From NCBI GenBank assembly GCA_951406725.2, contig OX597821.1, positions 64,542,001 through 64,606,000 of the forward strand: a stretch of DNA of 64,000 nucleotides, given 5' to 3'. Position numbers and translations under genes: made by a program. The DNA is from Octopus vulgaris (lineage: Eukaryota). The number at the start of each line of letters is the position of its first letter. Position 1 is the stretch's first letter. Under the pieces are notes generated by a model. That model saw only the letters and a list, made by a program, of their open reading frames with translations, made no database searches and had not been told where the DNA came from. Positions 44,213-57,407 of the stretch are shown here, in pieces.

Positions 44213-44391
44213 ACAAAATTTAGAGGACTGACCACTAAAAGTAGACAGCCTATGTGCTAAACTTAGACGTAAAATCGCCATTACCACGAAGAATGTGTTC
44301 TCAGAACACATTCTTCGTGGTAATGGCGATTTTACGTCTATGTTTAGCATATAGACTATCCACTCTTTGTGGTCAGTCCTCTAAATTTTGT
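44213..44391. repeat. near-perfect palindrome, ~89-bp arms, 1-nt spacer
   Basis: TAGACGTAAAATCGCCATTACCACGAAGAATGTGTTCT-C-AGAACACATTCTTCGTGGTAATGGCGATTTTACGTCTA, centred on 44302. Confidence 0.95.
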
Positions 44392-45616
44392 ATGTAAAAC
44401 AATTTTTAATCTTCGGATTTTTTAAAAATATGCTAAGCCACTGGTTTTAATTGGTTAATTGCTACCATTTAATAACGGAAATAGTCAAGACTACTGAAAA
44501 GGTTGCAAGACGCAACGAAAATTTTAAGAAAATAAACATTAGAAATAAATGGAAATTTTACCGGTGAGTGTGTTAAATTATTTGGCACAAAAAGAAAATG
44601 ACTCTCCATATTAACAATTATTACGGAATTCTCCCTGCATTAGATTAAGTAAAACAAAGAGAAATTGTCATTAGCTTTCTATCCATATCTACAACGGAAT
44701 TATCTCTCCGAGAAAATAATAAGTATAGAATATGATTATTTGTTAATTAAAACAATAAATTTTTTCATACCAACTAATTTAAATACATAAAAGTGTTGTT
44801 GTGTTGAAGATGCAATTGTTTATATATTTTTTGTTGCAGTTATACGTAGGAGAAGACGTAGATACTTAATTATATACATTTATATACACACATATCTTAT
44901 TGTTGTATGCTGTGGTGACAAGCAACTATCTTGGATATGGAAGGGTTTCAATTGGTATGTATTTGAGATGTAATGAAGTGAATTTCGATGGTTGTGGATT
45001 GCACTTACTTGATTGTATGGACCATTAAATTGTTTTGTCGTTATTTTAATTGTAATTCATTTATGATTGAATAGTTAATGCTCAATCTCATACACATAGA
45101 CATTTGAATTCATTTTTACAATCCAGCCATCTTTTCACACGGAATTTCGTCTTTTTCTAAACTATGACCCTGGAGTGACTTTATATACAATTGAACTGCG
45201 ATTATGTATATCAGAAAAAAAAAATGTAAGTCGAAACAATTTGTTGGATTTTTATGGATTTTATAATTATTTATGTTATAGAATATTATGTTATGTCACA
45301 TTATATTCATAGTATTTAATGTGCTATTGTAATATAAATAAATTATTAGATTATCACCAGTATGTCTCTATATTTAATTTATCTTTATAATTGACCATTA
45401 TATTATACCAATATTTTTATGGTATCCAACTGACGTACCAGTGAATTGGTTTGTTACTTTATATATATATATATATATATATATGAAATTGCAATTCTAC
45501 TCACGACTCTTTCACCACCGACAGGAGCCAAAGTCACATTCGGCACAAACATCAGCCGAGGAGACTGGATAGTAAGTGGCGAACACAATGCTCGGATACG
45601 AGCTGGAGCCGACGAT

Positions 45617-45648
<32 letters not shown>

Positions 45649-45785
45649 GCATTGGTATCTAGAATACACAAAGATTATCAGGTAACGCTAAGTAAGTGCT
45701 ATGTAGAGACTGTAGTGAAACTCTTGGTTCGATAATGATACGAGTGAGGAGTCTAAAGTGGGTCTTGTATTAGCATGAAATATAT

Positions 45786-46000
45786 ATATTAGACAGAATG
45801 AGATAACAAATTCAAGGCTGAGAGGAGTTTTCAGGACATTTATAAGGAAATAGTCTTACAGCTGTTTCTGGGATATTATGGATATCCCTTCATCATAGGT
45901 ATATCTATAATATCCCGGAAACAGCTGTAAGACTATTTCTTTATACATGTCCTGAAAACTCCTCACAACCTTGGCTTTGATATCTCATTCTGTCTAATAT
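45786..46000. repeat. fold-back inverted repeat (~100-bp arms, 15-bp spacer) centred on a hammerhead
   Basis: 45786-45885 mirrors 45901-46000. Minus 45852-45900 reads acct-ATGATGA-aGGGATAT(ccata)ATATCCCa-GAAA-CAGCTG-TA-AGACT. Confidence 0.88.
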
Positions 46001-46370
46001 ATGTATACACACACTCACACATATGTATGTATTTATGTATATATACATATATATGTACGTAAGTATATAAGTATGTATGTATTTATTTATATATGTGTGT
46101 ATGTTCGCGCGTCTGTGTATATGTGTGTTTCTGTATTTATGGTTATGTGTATGAGAGCGTTTGTAGTTACAAGGAAAAATACAGGATGTTTTTCTTTTCT
46201 TAAAGTTTTAAATGTTTTTTTCACTACTGGCTATGTGGCTATCAGTAATTTCCCGTCCCATTCTCATCGCTAAAATTTCGAAAGAACGATAATTAGAAGC
46301 TCTGAAAGCAAAAGAATAAAGCTCCTACTTCAGAAATGCACTCACCTGTATACGTATACACACATGCATT

Positions 46371-46515
46371 TATACATACATACATACATACATACATACA
46401 TACATACATACATACATACATACATACATACATACATACATACATACATACATACATACATACATACATACATACATACATACATACATACATACATACA
46501 TACATACATACATAC
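46371..46515. repeat. pure (TACA)n microsatellite
   Basis: Directly visible. Confidence 0.97.
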
Positions 46516-46594
46516 AAGCATACATAATTCATATATGCATATATGCACACACATATTTATATTATATATTTATATATGTGTATATGTATATGAA

Positions 46595-46645
<51 letters not shown>

Positions 46646-47125
46646 CGTACGCGTGAGTTTTTATTACATAAGTCCTTCGAGATTTGAAGAGAGTGAGGAA
46701 GATAAATGGTTTATATCCTGCTGCAATAGTTAGAATTATTTCAAGATAATTATAAAGTATCAAGTTATCCCTAAACTAAAAATCGCTTGCAAGAGAGGGA
46801 CTCCATTAATAAGACGCATATGGTTGATAGAGATGATTAACCGGCGATAAATCCTTCATTTTATGTTTATCACCCACGCGTTAGTAGGTCACGACATACA
46901 TCCATACAATTTCCGTCTTTCAATTTTATAAGATTTCATTGAATGGCTGATGTGACATTACGGCTGAAGACGCTTCACCAATGTTTCGTGCGTTGCTATC
47001 GTTACACAGCTTTCTGAAGTAAATCTTTGAATCACACATCTATATCTATATCTGTATGTGCGTGCTGTCATCGTTGCCCAGTTAAGAGTTTCGATTTGTA
47101 CTTGGGAAGTGTAAGGATCGATGAG

Positions 47126-47561
47126 TTTTCGGTTTGAACGGCAGTTTTTAACGTAATTTCTAGGTAACTAAAAAATTTTAAACTTCGTATACTGGTAGAA
47201 TGTGCTTATAAACCATCTCTTTCTATTGGCTTTATTGAGAAAACTCTATAGTTTTTAAGGTATTTGTTGTTTTTTTCTTTAATTTCTGAAATTTCAACCT
47301 ATCACTGACGTCTATTGAGGTAAAAAAAACATACTGTGCCGTATGAATATGTCCCTCGTTTAAGAAATAGATTGGGTTTATTTACATTTGTGAAGAAAAA
47401 AAGATACCCTTCCCCCACCCGTAACCCTAACCCTAATACTCACCATAACTAACCCTAACCCTAAAACAGATTGAAAGGCAATAGATCGATACTAGGGTCA
47501 TAATTATGGGTGACATTTTCATATGACACTGCTAGAAAAAAACTGCCGTTCAAACCGAAAA
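47126..47561. mobile_element. non-autonomous TIR element (MITE) with internal telomere-like repeats
   Basis: TTTTCGGTTTGAACGGCAGTTTTT at the left end, AAAAACTGCCGTTCAAACCGAAAA at the right. (CCCTAA)-like units 47422-47464. GGATCGATGA on both flanks. Confidence 0.8.
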
Positions 47562-48779
47562 GTTTCGGATCGATGACACTGCATGCCGATTGGGACAAGT
47601 ATTTATCAATTTATTTGCTTTTTAACGTAATATCACGTGTACCTGCGGTTTGTGTGTGACTAGGAGGAATGGTTGGGTGGAAATGATTAGGAGGATTATT
47701 GCGGTAATTCAAAGATTCAGTATTACTACATATTTTCCGTTACTGAGCAAGTGCAGTACACTGAAATCACGCGATTTCGGTGTACCAATTACTTTAGGTA
47801 CACACTTGCCAGTGCAATCCAAAGCCAACAGCACGTTGAGTCAATGTGGAGACAGCGGACTTCATTGATTAATTCATGCTCATCATCGAAACCGTTGAAG
47901 GATCATTTATCAAGTGTTTATGTATGTGTATATGTCTATACATTCAAGCTTAATTATCTTAACGAAGGAATTTAATGGAAGTGAGCTGCTAACGAGTCAG
48001 AAATTCGACGCCATCACAGTCGTCTGTATAATAAACATAACTTTGGAACGGGACAAATAAACTGGGTAAAAGTCTGTGCCCAACGAAATTAACAAGCAAA
48101 TATTCTTAATGAAGTTCATATTAGTAACCAAAGCTAATCCATTCTTTTACCAGGGAAATTATCCTGAAAAACAAGCAGATTCGCATATATATTAGTACCA
48201 TTTTCATGAAAGCTACTCTGACCAACACATACAACGTTTCTGCCACTGTCGACTTTTCTTTTGCACATATCTAATATTCCTCATCAGGTTCCATCTGCAG
48301 TACCAAATTCTTTCAAATCGTACTCCTACATATACCTATCCACTACTTTCATCCATTATTGATATGATACCCGAGATGTATTATCATCTCTATCTTGAAA
48401 CATAACATTAGCTTAAAGCGTTGATAGTTATTATGTTTTACCTTTTCATATAGCCAATATATTTTTACTACAATGTTTTTGCATCAGAATGGATGTATAT
48501 AAAATATTGAAGCAGAATAAGGAAAAGAATTAAAGAAAAAGCTTGTTAGAATAGTAACAATCCGTGGAGGATGTGATTATAATACACAAATATGCAACAA
48601 TAAAGATATGTTCCAAAAAGATATCGATTGAAAGATACGTGGAAACGAAATGTTTTTCAGTGAAATAACAAAATAATGCGACAGCAACAACTATAATAAT
48701 AATGATGTTAATAATAATAATAGTAATACTACTACTACTACTAATAATAATAATAATAATAATAACAACAACAACAACA

Positions 48780-48982
48780 ATCCTTTCTACTATAGGCACA
48801 GGAAACCTGAAATTTTGTGGGAGGGGGGAGTTGATTACTTCGATCCCAGTGTTTCAATGCTACTTAGGTTATCAACCCCGAAAGAATGAAAGGCAAAGTC
48901 GACCTCGGCGCAATTTGAATTCAGCTCGTGCCAACAGACAAAATGCCGCTAAGAATTTTGCTGTGTGCTAACGATTCTGCCT
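48780..48982 (-). mobile_element. SINE family B copy with (AAT/AAC)n-adjacent tail
   Basis: CCCCGAAAGAATGAAAGGCAAAGTCGACCTCGGCG.AATTTGAA..CTAACGATTCTGCC. Confidence 0.75.
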
Positions 48983-48984
48983 GC

Positions 48985-49400
48985 TGATCTTAACTGATTC
49001 TGCTCAATACCACAAATTTACTTCTCAGTTACTTGACCTTAACCCGTTAAGCATGTCCCTTAGTGGCTGATGATATGTGGGAGAGCACCATAGCTAATGC
49101 ATTGAGAGGAATGTTTGGGGGTTTGGATAATTCATCGCTGAAACATAGGTGTATCGTTTATCATCCTTAAACAAACCTAATTCAGGGAACTTCTGAGTGC
49201 GATGGGCTACTCGACCTGAAGAAAATTCTAACTGGGGCACTCCTACACGGTTAAGTGTTGTTTACATTGATATGAGATCAACAGGTCCCGCACATATCAT
49301 AGTGATACACGTGCCTGGTGTTCTCTTATCAGACGGTTTGTCATAATGGGTATATTGAGCTTCGTATATTTGTACCCCAGTGTCACTTTGATGGCATGCA
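48985..49400. mobile_element. repeat X, inverted and diverged copy
   Basis: CCTGAAGAAAATTCTAACTGGGGC, TACCCCAGTGTCACTTTGATGGCATGCA are reverse complements of 15034-15531 blocks. Confidence 0.75.
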
Positions 49401-50304
49401 TTTTTGACTTTTGAATAATGAAGAAAGAAAATATGAAGAACGAACACACTCAAGGAGACTCTACTATGTCAGTTCTCTGATAGAAATAGAAGTCAAATCT
49501 CTCTGAGATATAACTCTAACGTTAACTGAGAAAGAAATGACAGAGAAAAAAGAAAACGCGCATTTGTCACATACGTAATGTCAGTTCTCCATATGCTTCT
49601 AACACGAGCATTCATTTCTCATATTAGCCAAATGATACAAAATTGAGCTGCAAGAAGATTCAGTTGCATGAAGCCGTGCTCTTCATGAGTAATTCATTTT
49701 ATCAAACCCAAAAGGATGAACAGCTTTAGTAATCTAAGCAGGATGTGAATGCACGAATACACCCTGTATAGACCCATAAATATATACTTTTTCGACACAT
49801 TAATAGCTTCACAAGCCTCTATTATCATATCATTTCATTTTTATCTTTAAACACGGTTTTAACAAAATCGCCAAAATTTCTCTATTTCCCTCTTTTTTTC
49901 TGCGAAACCAACGATAAGAGTAAAGCGGAAGTCGATATTTCTGCGAAAATTTAAACTTAAAATAAGACATATAAAAAATAGAAGTGTTGTATTTTCATTT
50001 GACAGATGATGTACATCTGTTTTACTTGTCTTCTATCGCAGGTCAGAGATGGTTGAGCAGATCTATCATCAAAAGCATTCCAAGGAACACTCCTCATTTT
50101 AGGTATCATAAAAGCAACACCACCTCATCCATCTTTTATCTTAACATTATAGAATATAGCGACAGATATGCTCGGCTGCTATTTCTAGTAGGTGGAGCGA
50201 CCACTTATACGTTCCATCAACGGCACGTTGTTCTTTCATCCAACTCCGAACACGCAAACAAAACACATTCCAGACTTGACAATCCAGAATATTAATAGTA
50301 CTTT

Positions 50305-50528
50305 TTATCTTCTACTTGTGTCAGTCATCAGATTACGGCAGTGCCGGGGCAACGCCTTGAAGAAATTTTAGTTGAATGTATCAACCCCAGTGCCTATCTT
50401 TTAAAGTCTAATACCTATTCTATTGGTATCTTACGCCGAACCGCTAGCTTACGGGGGCGTAAACACATCACCACTGGTTGTGAAGCAGTGGTGTGGGAAC
50501 AAACACAGACACAAAGAAGCACACATAA
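50305..50528 (-). mobile_element. old SINE family A 3' half
   Basis: TACTTGTGTCAGTCAT..GCCGAACCGCTA..ACAAACACAGACAC. Confidence 0.65.
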
Positions 50529-50543
50529 ACGCTCTCTCTCTCT

Positions 50544-50615
<72 letters not shown>

Positions 50616-50679
50616 GTATAAAGTGTAGGTAGCATACGAGAACTCCATTTCATTAGAAAATTCGGACCAGGAACAATAA

Positions 50680-51161
50680 GAGCATAAAAGAATACGATGC
50701 ATTCGATAATATATGTTACGTAGGTGCAGGCGTAGCTGTGTGGAATTAGCTTGCTCCCAACCACATGGTTCGTGGTTCAATCCCATTGCGTAACGCCTTG
50801 GGCAAGTCTTTTCTACTATACCTCGGGCCAACCAAATACTTGTGTGTGGATTTGGTAGACGGAAACTTAACGCCCAACGTATAAATATACATATACATTT
50901 TCTTAGAGATTTTACATTTTCGGTTCTTGAAAAAACGAACCTTATCAAAAATAATTTTAAAAGTTAAGTTTAATAAAAAAGTCCATAATTGTTTCTTACT
51001 AGTCTGAACAGAGCCCACGTGGTGGTGTTTTCTGGTGTGGGGAGCATAATGGCTGTCTTGTGTGTTGAAAAGAAAAGAAAAATGGAATTCTACAACTCCA
51101 ACTACCACAACCACCACTATCACTACTACTACTAATAATAATAATGATAATGATAATAATA

Positions 51162-51216
<55 letters not shown>

Positions 51217-51642
51217 GACCACCAGTCTTCCACTGCTGCTGCCAACAGTCACTTCCACTGGTGCTGCTGCTACTACCACAGCCAATGTACTGCTGCTACG
51301 ACTCCAACCATCACCACCACGGACACTACTACTACCACGACCGACGGTCACTGCTATTTCGGCCAACGTGCATTTTCACAATTACGGCCAGCGAATCTAG
51401 TCAACGCACAAGGCAGCCATTATGCTCCCCCCACCACAAAACACCATCACGTGGACTCTGTTGAGACTAGTAAGAAACAATTATGAACTTTTTTATTACA
51501 CTTAACTTTTAAAAATATTTTTGATAAGGTTCGTTTTTTCAAGAACCGAAACATATAAAATGTGTAAGAAAATTAAAATTTATCTTATATAGTGGCGTTT
51601 CAAACTTCTTTATATATATATATATATGTATATGTATATATG

Positions 51643-51719
<77 letters not shown>

Positions 51720-51930
51720 ATGTATACGTCGGGTGTTTAGTTTCCGTCTACCAAATCCGCACACAATTATTTGGTTGGTCCGAAGCAATAGTAGAAAAGA
51801 CTTGCCCAAGGCTTCAACGCAATGGGATTGAACCACGAACCATGTGGCTGGGAAGCAAGCTAATTCCACGCAGCTACGTCTGCACCCACGTAACATATAT
51901 TATCGAAAGCATCGTATTGTTTTTACGATG
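50680..51930. repeat. inverted duplication containing a SINE A 5' half in each arm
   Basis: 50899-51068 mirrors 51400-51573, and 50685-50898 mirrors 51710-51925, including the unique flank CGATGC.TTCGATAATATATGTTACGT. Confidence 0.9.
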
Positions 51931-52303
51931 GTGGGGCTATATTTGAGGGAGATAAGCCTCGTACAGATTATCTCTTTCGGAGAGATGATGCACACCTTTT
52001 CATTGATGTATCGAATCAAATAGCGACAAGTGTACAAATAAGACACAGCAACATGATGCATAGCATTTGCGTGTGTATGAATGAGTATAGTAGTAGACAG
52101 CATAGCTGAATGTGTGAAAATATCATTCAATGAGTACGTGATAGGTGCGATTGGGAATGAGAACAATTCTTTTTGCTACATTGTGTACCTAGATTTATGA
52201 ATGGATAACAACGTCGACATGTCTTTCTTATGTGTGTATACATTATACTCTTGCTATTGCATATAGCCTTCTAGTTATACACACACACACACACACGCAT
52301 TTA

Positions 52304-52375
<72 letters not shown>

Positions 52376-52494
52376 TGTGTGTGTGTATGTAGGTAACATA
52401 AGAGAACTCCGTTTCATTGGAAAATTTTCATACATTGGTTTTCCGAAAAGACAAAATGGAATTATACAACTCCAACTACCACTACTACCACTAT

Positions 52495-52572
<78 letters not shown>

Positions 52573-52704
52573 TATCACTACCACCATATATTTTATATAT
52601 TTTGTATATTATATTAATTATTTTTATTTTTATGTTTTTCATTGTTTGATTTGCCTAATAGTGGTTTTGTCTCTAATTTAATTTATATATATATATGAAA
52701 CACT

Positions 52705-52893
52705 CTACTCTTTTACTTGTTTCAGTCATTTGACTGCAGACATGCTGGAGCACCGCCTTTAGTCGAGTAAATCGACCCAGGACTTATTCCTTGTAAGCCT
52801 AGTACTTATTCAATCGGTCCCTTTTTGCCGAAACGCTAAGTTACAGGGACGTAAACACACCAGCATCGGTTGTCAAGCGATGTTGGGGTACAA

Positions 52894-52924
<31 letters not shown>

Positions 52925-53099
52925 CATATACATATATACGACGGGCTTCTTTCAGTTTCCGTCTACCAAATCCACTCACAAGGCTTTGGTCGGCCCGAGG
53001 CTATCGTAGAAGACACTCGTCCAAGGTGTCACGCAGTGGGCCTGAACCCGGAACCATGTGGTTGGTAAGCAAGCTACTTGCCACACAGCCACTCCTGCA

Positions 53100-53103
<4 letters not shown>
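52705..53103 (-). mobile_element. full-length tRNA-derived SINE family A
   Basis: Minus head GGTGCAGGAGTGGCTGTGTGGCAAG (A box)..GGTTCAGGCCC (B box), ACCTTGGACGAGTG CORE-like start, internal (TA)n(TG)n, tail GAAACAAGTAAAAGAG. Confidence 0.9.
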
Positions 53104-53160
<57 letters not shown>

Positions 53161-53956
53161 GTATATGTATTTGTATATGTATTTGTATATAAGCAAATAT
53201 GTCTGTGTGCATGTATTTATGTATTTGGTGTGAGTGTTGTGTGTTGGGGTGCAAAATTGTCTAAACACAAGAGGCTGGAAAATGTCTCAAATATATTTGA
53301 ACTGGTGTTTGAACAAGTTTATAAAAATTATTGCTTAGCATTTCTAATTCGTATTTTACGAGGGCCAGGCAACCATTTAGTGCCCAAAGTCACCTTATTT
53401 TGAATAGAATCTAATAGAGGAGAGAGAGATCAAGTTTCGTAGTCAATTCGGAGTTGCCCCTATTTCCAGTATTCGATGCTGATGAAGTGATAATTTCCTT
53501 CAAATAAATGCATCCACGACTCTGAACACACACGTTTTTGTTCACAACAAGATTTGGTTTCTGTAACAAAATTCATTGAATGAATCTCTTACGAGTTTGA
53601 ATATATCTCAAAAATATCTGAACTGGTAGAAATGTTATATTTCTATAAATCACAGCATTGCGCTTCTAATCCATAAAGTAGATTAGTTGAGGTCATAGCG
53701 GTTTAGTTATGTTAGCGATACCAAAATGGAGGGTTATATTTTGGCATTTGTGTCGACCTCAAATTGCCTTTCTTGCACCTCTAAGTTACAAGGGATGTAT
53801 AAAGTTGATGAGAGAGACAGAGAGAAAGAGTCTTTCATTTCTCTGTTTAGATTGCGGAGACTTTGTAAATAAATGTGATTCCTCACTCCCCAGTTCCACA
53901 TATAATGTTGAACACCTTTCTTTCTCTTAGCTTAAATTCTAAAATGTTCTTGCATG

Positions 53957-54140
53957 TAGGTGTAGGCGAGGACTGTGTGGTAAGAAATTTGCTTCCCAAC
54001 CTCATGTTACTGGGTTCAATCTCACCATGTGACACCTTGGAAAAGTATCTTTTACTCTAGCTTCGAGCCAACCAAAGCCTTCTGAGTGGATTCGGTAGAC
54101 GGAACCTGAAAGAAGCCCGTTATCTCTCTCTCTCTTTATA

Positions 54141-54223
<83 letters not shown>

Positions 54224-54389
54224 ATATATTTATGTATGTATGTATATATGTATATATATATATATATGTATGTATATATATGTATATACATATATATATA
54301 CATATATACATATATATACACATATATACATAGACACATATATACATAGACACATAGACACATATATACACATATATACATATATACAC

Positions 54390-54440
<51 letters not shown>

Positions 54441-54540
54441 TCTGCCTGTTTGCCCCCCACCGCTTGACAACCATTTTTGGTGTGATTACGTGCCCGTGTC
54501 TTAGCGGTTCGGCAAAAGACATCGAAACAAGTAAAAGAGA
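53957..54540 (+). mobile_element. SINE family A with expanded internal microsatellite
   Basis: Head TAGGTGTAGGCGAGGACTGTGTGGTAAG, ~320-bp internal (TA)/(TG) expansion, CTTAGCGGTTCGGCAAAAG..GAAACAAGTAAAAGAG. Confidence 0.85.
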
Positions 54541-55006
54541 TTAAGAGATATTTTGTCTCATAAAACCAAAGTTGAAAATATACTTGAAGTTGACATGTTT
54601 ATCGAAGAAAATGTCTGATGCTAAGGTGTTGTAATAAAATAGCAAATATTTTCCATTTAATGCTAACGGTAAATTTACTTAGAGAGAATACCTACGTTAC
54701 TTGAAAATGTAGAAAATTCGATTGCCGTATGCAAAGGACTCGACAACAGAAGACTAAAGATAAAGAAGACTACATGTAGTGAAAAGAGGCGATAAATCCA
54801 AGGAAAATTACATGAAATGACGAATATCATGTATTTAATGCATAGATACATATTTACAAAAAGAAATATCACTTCCTGGTTTTTCTCTGATATCTCTTCC
54901 TGGTTGTTCTCCAGCAATAAAGCCGTGGAACGAAGGAAACGCAGTATAAAATGCTAATTTCATAATTATGTGAAAATTATTTGTACGTCTACAGCAGTAT
55001 GACTAC

Positions 55007-55150
<144 letters not shown>

Positions 55151-56199
55151 TCTATATATATAATGTATGTGCAAAAATGCATATATATATGTGTGTGTGT
55201 GTGCGTGTGTGTGCGCGCGATTGTGTATAAGTAAGAGGAAGATAGAATTTATATATTTTATAGTGAGATTTGCCAAATATCACGTGCACAACAACTTCCC
55301 CTATAGATTCTCCTTTGCTAACTCCCCCCCAAAAAAACAGCTTGTGAGTATGCGACATGTTTAATTGCAGATCAGCCTAGATCATGCCGTCTTGTGGCCA
55401 AAAACATTCTGAATGTAATCCTATCTGCATCTATCTTCTAGCATATTTAACTCTGGACTACATTTTCAGCATATTTATTTACTTGTTTTAAGACCTTATC
55501 ATCTATCTAATATGAAATAAACTCGTTTGTTGACTCTAGGCGATCAAGCCACCAAGAAAACTCGTTTCTCTCATTTACGGTCGATTAAGATTGCTTGTTT
55601 AGTGCAGTAGACGCCACTCACGTCCCATATAATAACCATAATCTGGTATAAAATGCTTCACTTTTTGATCCTAATGACAACTGTCTATATTTATATGGAC
55701 GTCTGGAGAATAATTAAAAGATAGTAATTGCTATGAATATATCACTTGGGAAGCAGTGATCGTTATCTTTAAGTTATTCTTTGTCTGTATGTTCCCAGTT
55801 CAAATATCCCTGAGCTCGACTTTCTCTTTCATCTCTCCGGTGTTGATGAAGTAAGTACTAATAGCTTATGCATTCAAGCCAATTAAAACTACACATTGAA
55901 AATATGTGATCTTTTGACAATAAGAAATAATTAATATTATAGCAACATTAATTGTGAGAAATCTTCTACAGGTGTTAACTACATATTTTACATTACATTA
56001 ATACTTCAACACCGTTGCATATCAAAGAAATAAAGAATCATAAAAAGAATATATTTCTATAAACTGATCCAATAAATCTCATATGACGACTGCCATCATT
56101 TCCAAGACTGAAAGGCTTTGGGAATGTACAATAATCCTATAGAGAGAGAGAGAGCAAAATTCAATACATGTTTTATTAGGAAAATTGCGTCTCAGTATA

Positions 56200-56810
56200 A
56201 GTTAACTTTTTGTCTAAAATTCATTGAAGAGCTGGTAAGAAAAAGAACTTTGGAGTCACTCTGTAGATAAGCGGGCGACAGTAAATCTAAGACGTAAATC
56301 TTCATTCGCTGAGGTAGTGTGATAGAGTTGCAAAAATATACAATAGTATCAAGATAAGAGAAATCGAATTCAAGAAGAAACAAGAAACACTCATATGAAT
56401 CTGCATTCTCAGCACGGAATTTCGACGCCTTATCTTTCCTTTGTTGTTCGACACACTGTAACAAAGAACAAGAAGGTTATGAAAGAATCTTAATGAAAAT
56501 TACATCAATATAGCCAACTGAGAATTGTAGGAACTTTCTTTCTCTTTACTAGCGGTATTATAAATATGGATGCTGTTTGATTTCTGTCTTAAGCCACTCT
56601 GGTTATAATCATCTTGATATAAGAGCAGAGAATTTGCGAATCTGACCTGTATGTAAGAATATAAAATATTACTTCCTGTTCTCTGCGAAATAAACTGTTT
56701 TGCGTGCAACCATCACTGAATACATTGCGCTGTTCTCCATTTAATTGAATCTATGTATGTCAATTTTTATTAGCGTTAGATGAGGTAGAGATATGCACAG
56801 GGTGACATTA
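56200..56810 (-). pseudogene. possible heavily decayed class A GPCR relic (TM4-TM7)
   Basis: Frameshifted minus translations VTLCISLPHLTL (TM4-like), KIRRRNSVLRMQIHMSVSCFFLNSISLILILLYIF (IL3/TM6-like), KVLFLTSSSMNF (NSSxNF TM7-like). Many stops. Confidence 0.3.
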
Positions 56811-57407
56811 AATTATTCTTAACATAGATATGTAATATACAGCTTGACACGTTGGCGTAGCTGAAACATGTTATATGAGAAGATTAATGCTGTAACTACA
56901 TAATTTAATGTAGAGATGCATAGTATATAAGTTGGTGATACCTTTCTCGCCATTTCTTGAGAATGTGTTGTCCACAATTACATATTTAGTTCTTCTATCT
57001 GATGCCATGAGTAAAATACTTGATTTAATGTTATTCGTGCGACTGTGTATTAGTATAGGAACATTTCGTCTGAGTTTGGCATTAATTACACATGTGAGAA
57101 TTTACAACGGATAAAAGAAAGCAGGTGTGAAGTGAACAGCCAGGTATATATTTCTTCAAAGGATAGACGTAATTTCGATATGACTAAGGATTGTACGGCA
57201 TTCGTTTTCATAAAGTTCAGAAACTGACCTGCAATATTCGTTAGACGGAAAATACAAGGAACCTCATTGAATAAATTCTATCCACTGAATCATATTACTT
57301 CCCCATTCCCCTCAGTTATCTTCGGAAAACCTATTAAGTTCATGTGTGCGGTATTCCCTTGGCCTAAGTCATAACAAACAATTATCTGTCTCAAATATAT
57401 GCATATT

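Noticed and set aside
45549-45598. Possible further hammerhead (CCGAGGA..GAAC..TC)
   Set aside because: Too many core and stem mismatches to support.
47422-47464. True telomere or chromosome fusion site
   Set aside because: Only a few degenerate units, and they lie inside a TIR-bounded element.
50746-51464. 206-aa and 112-aa ORFs with apparent transmembrane or mucin-like segments
   Set aside because: Derived from (AAT)n/(ACT)n/(ACC)n repeats and a SINE fragment.
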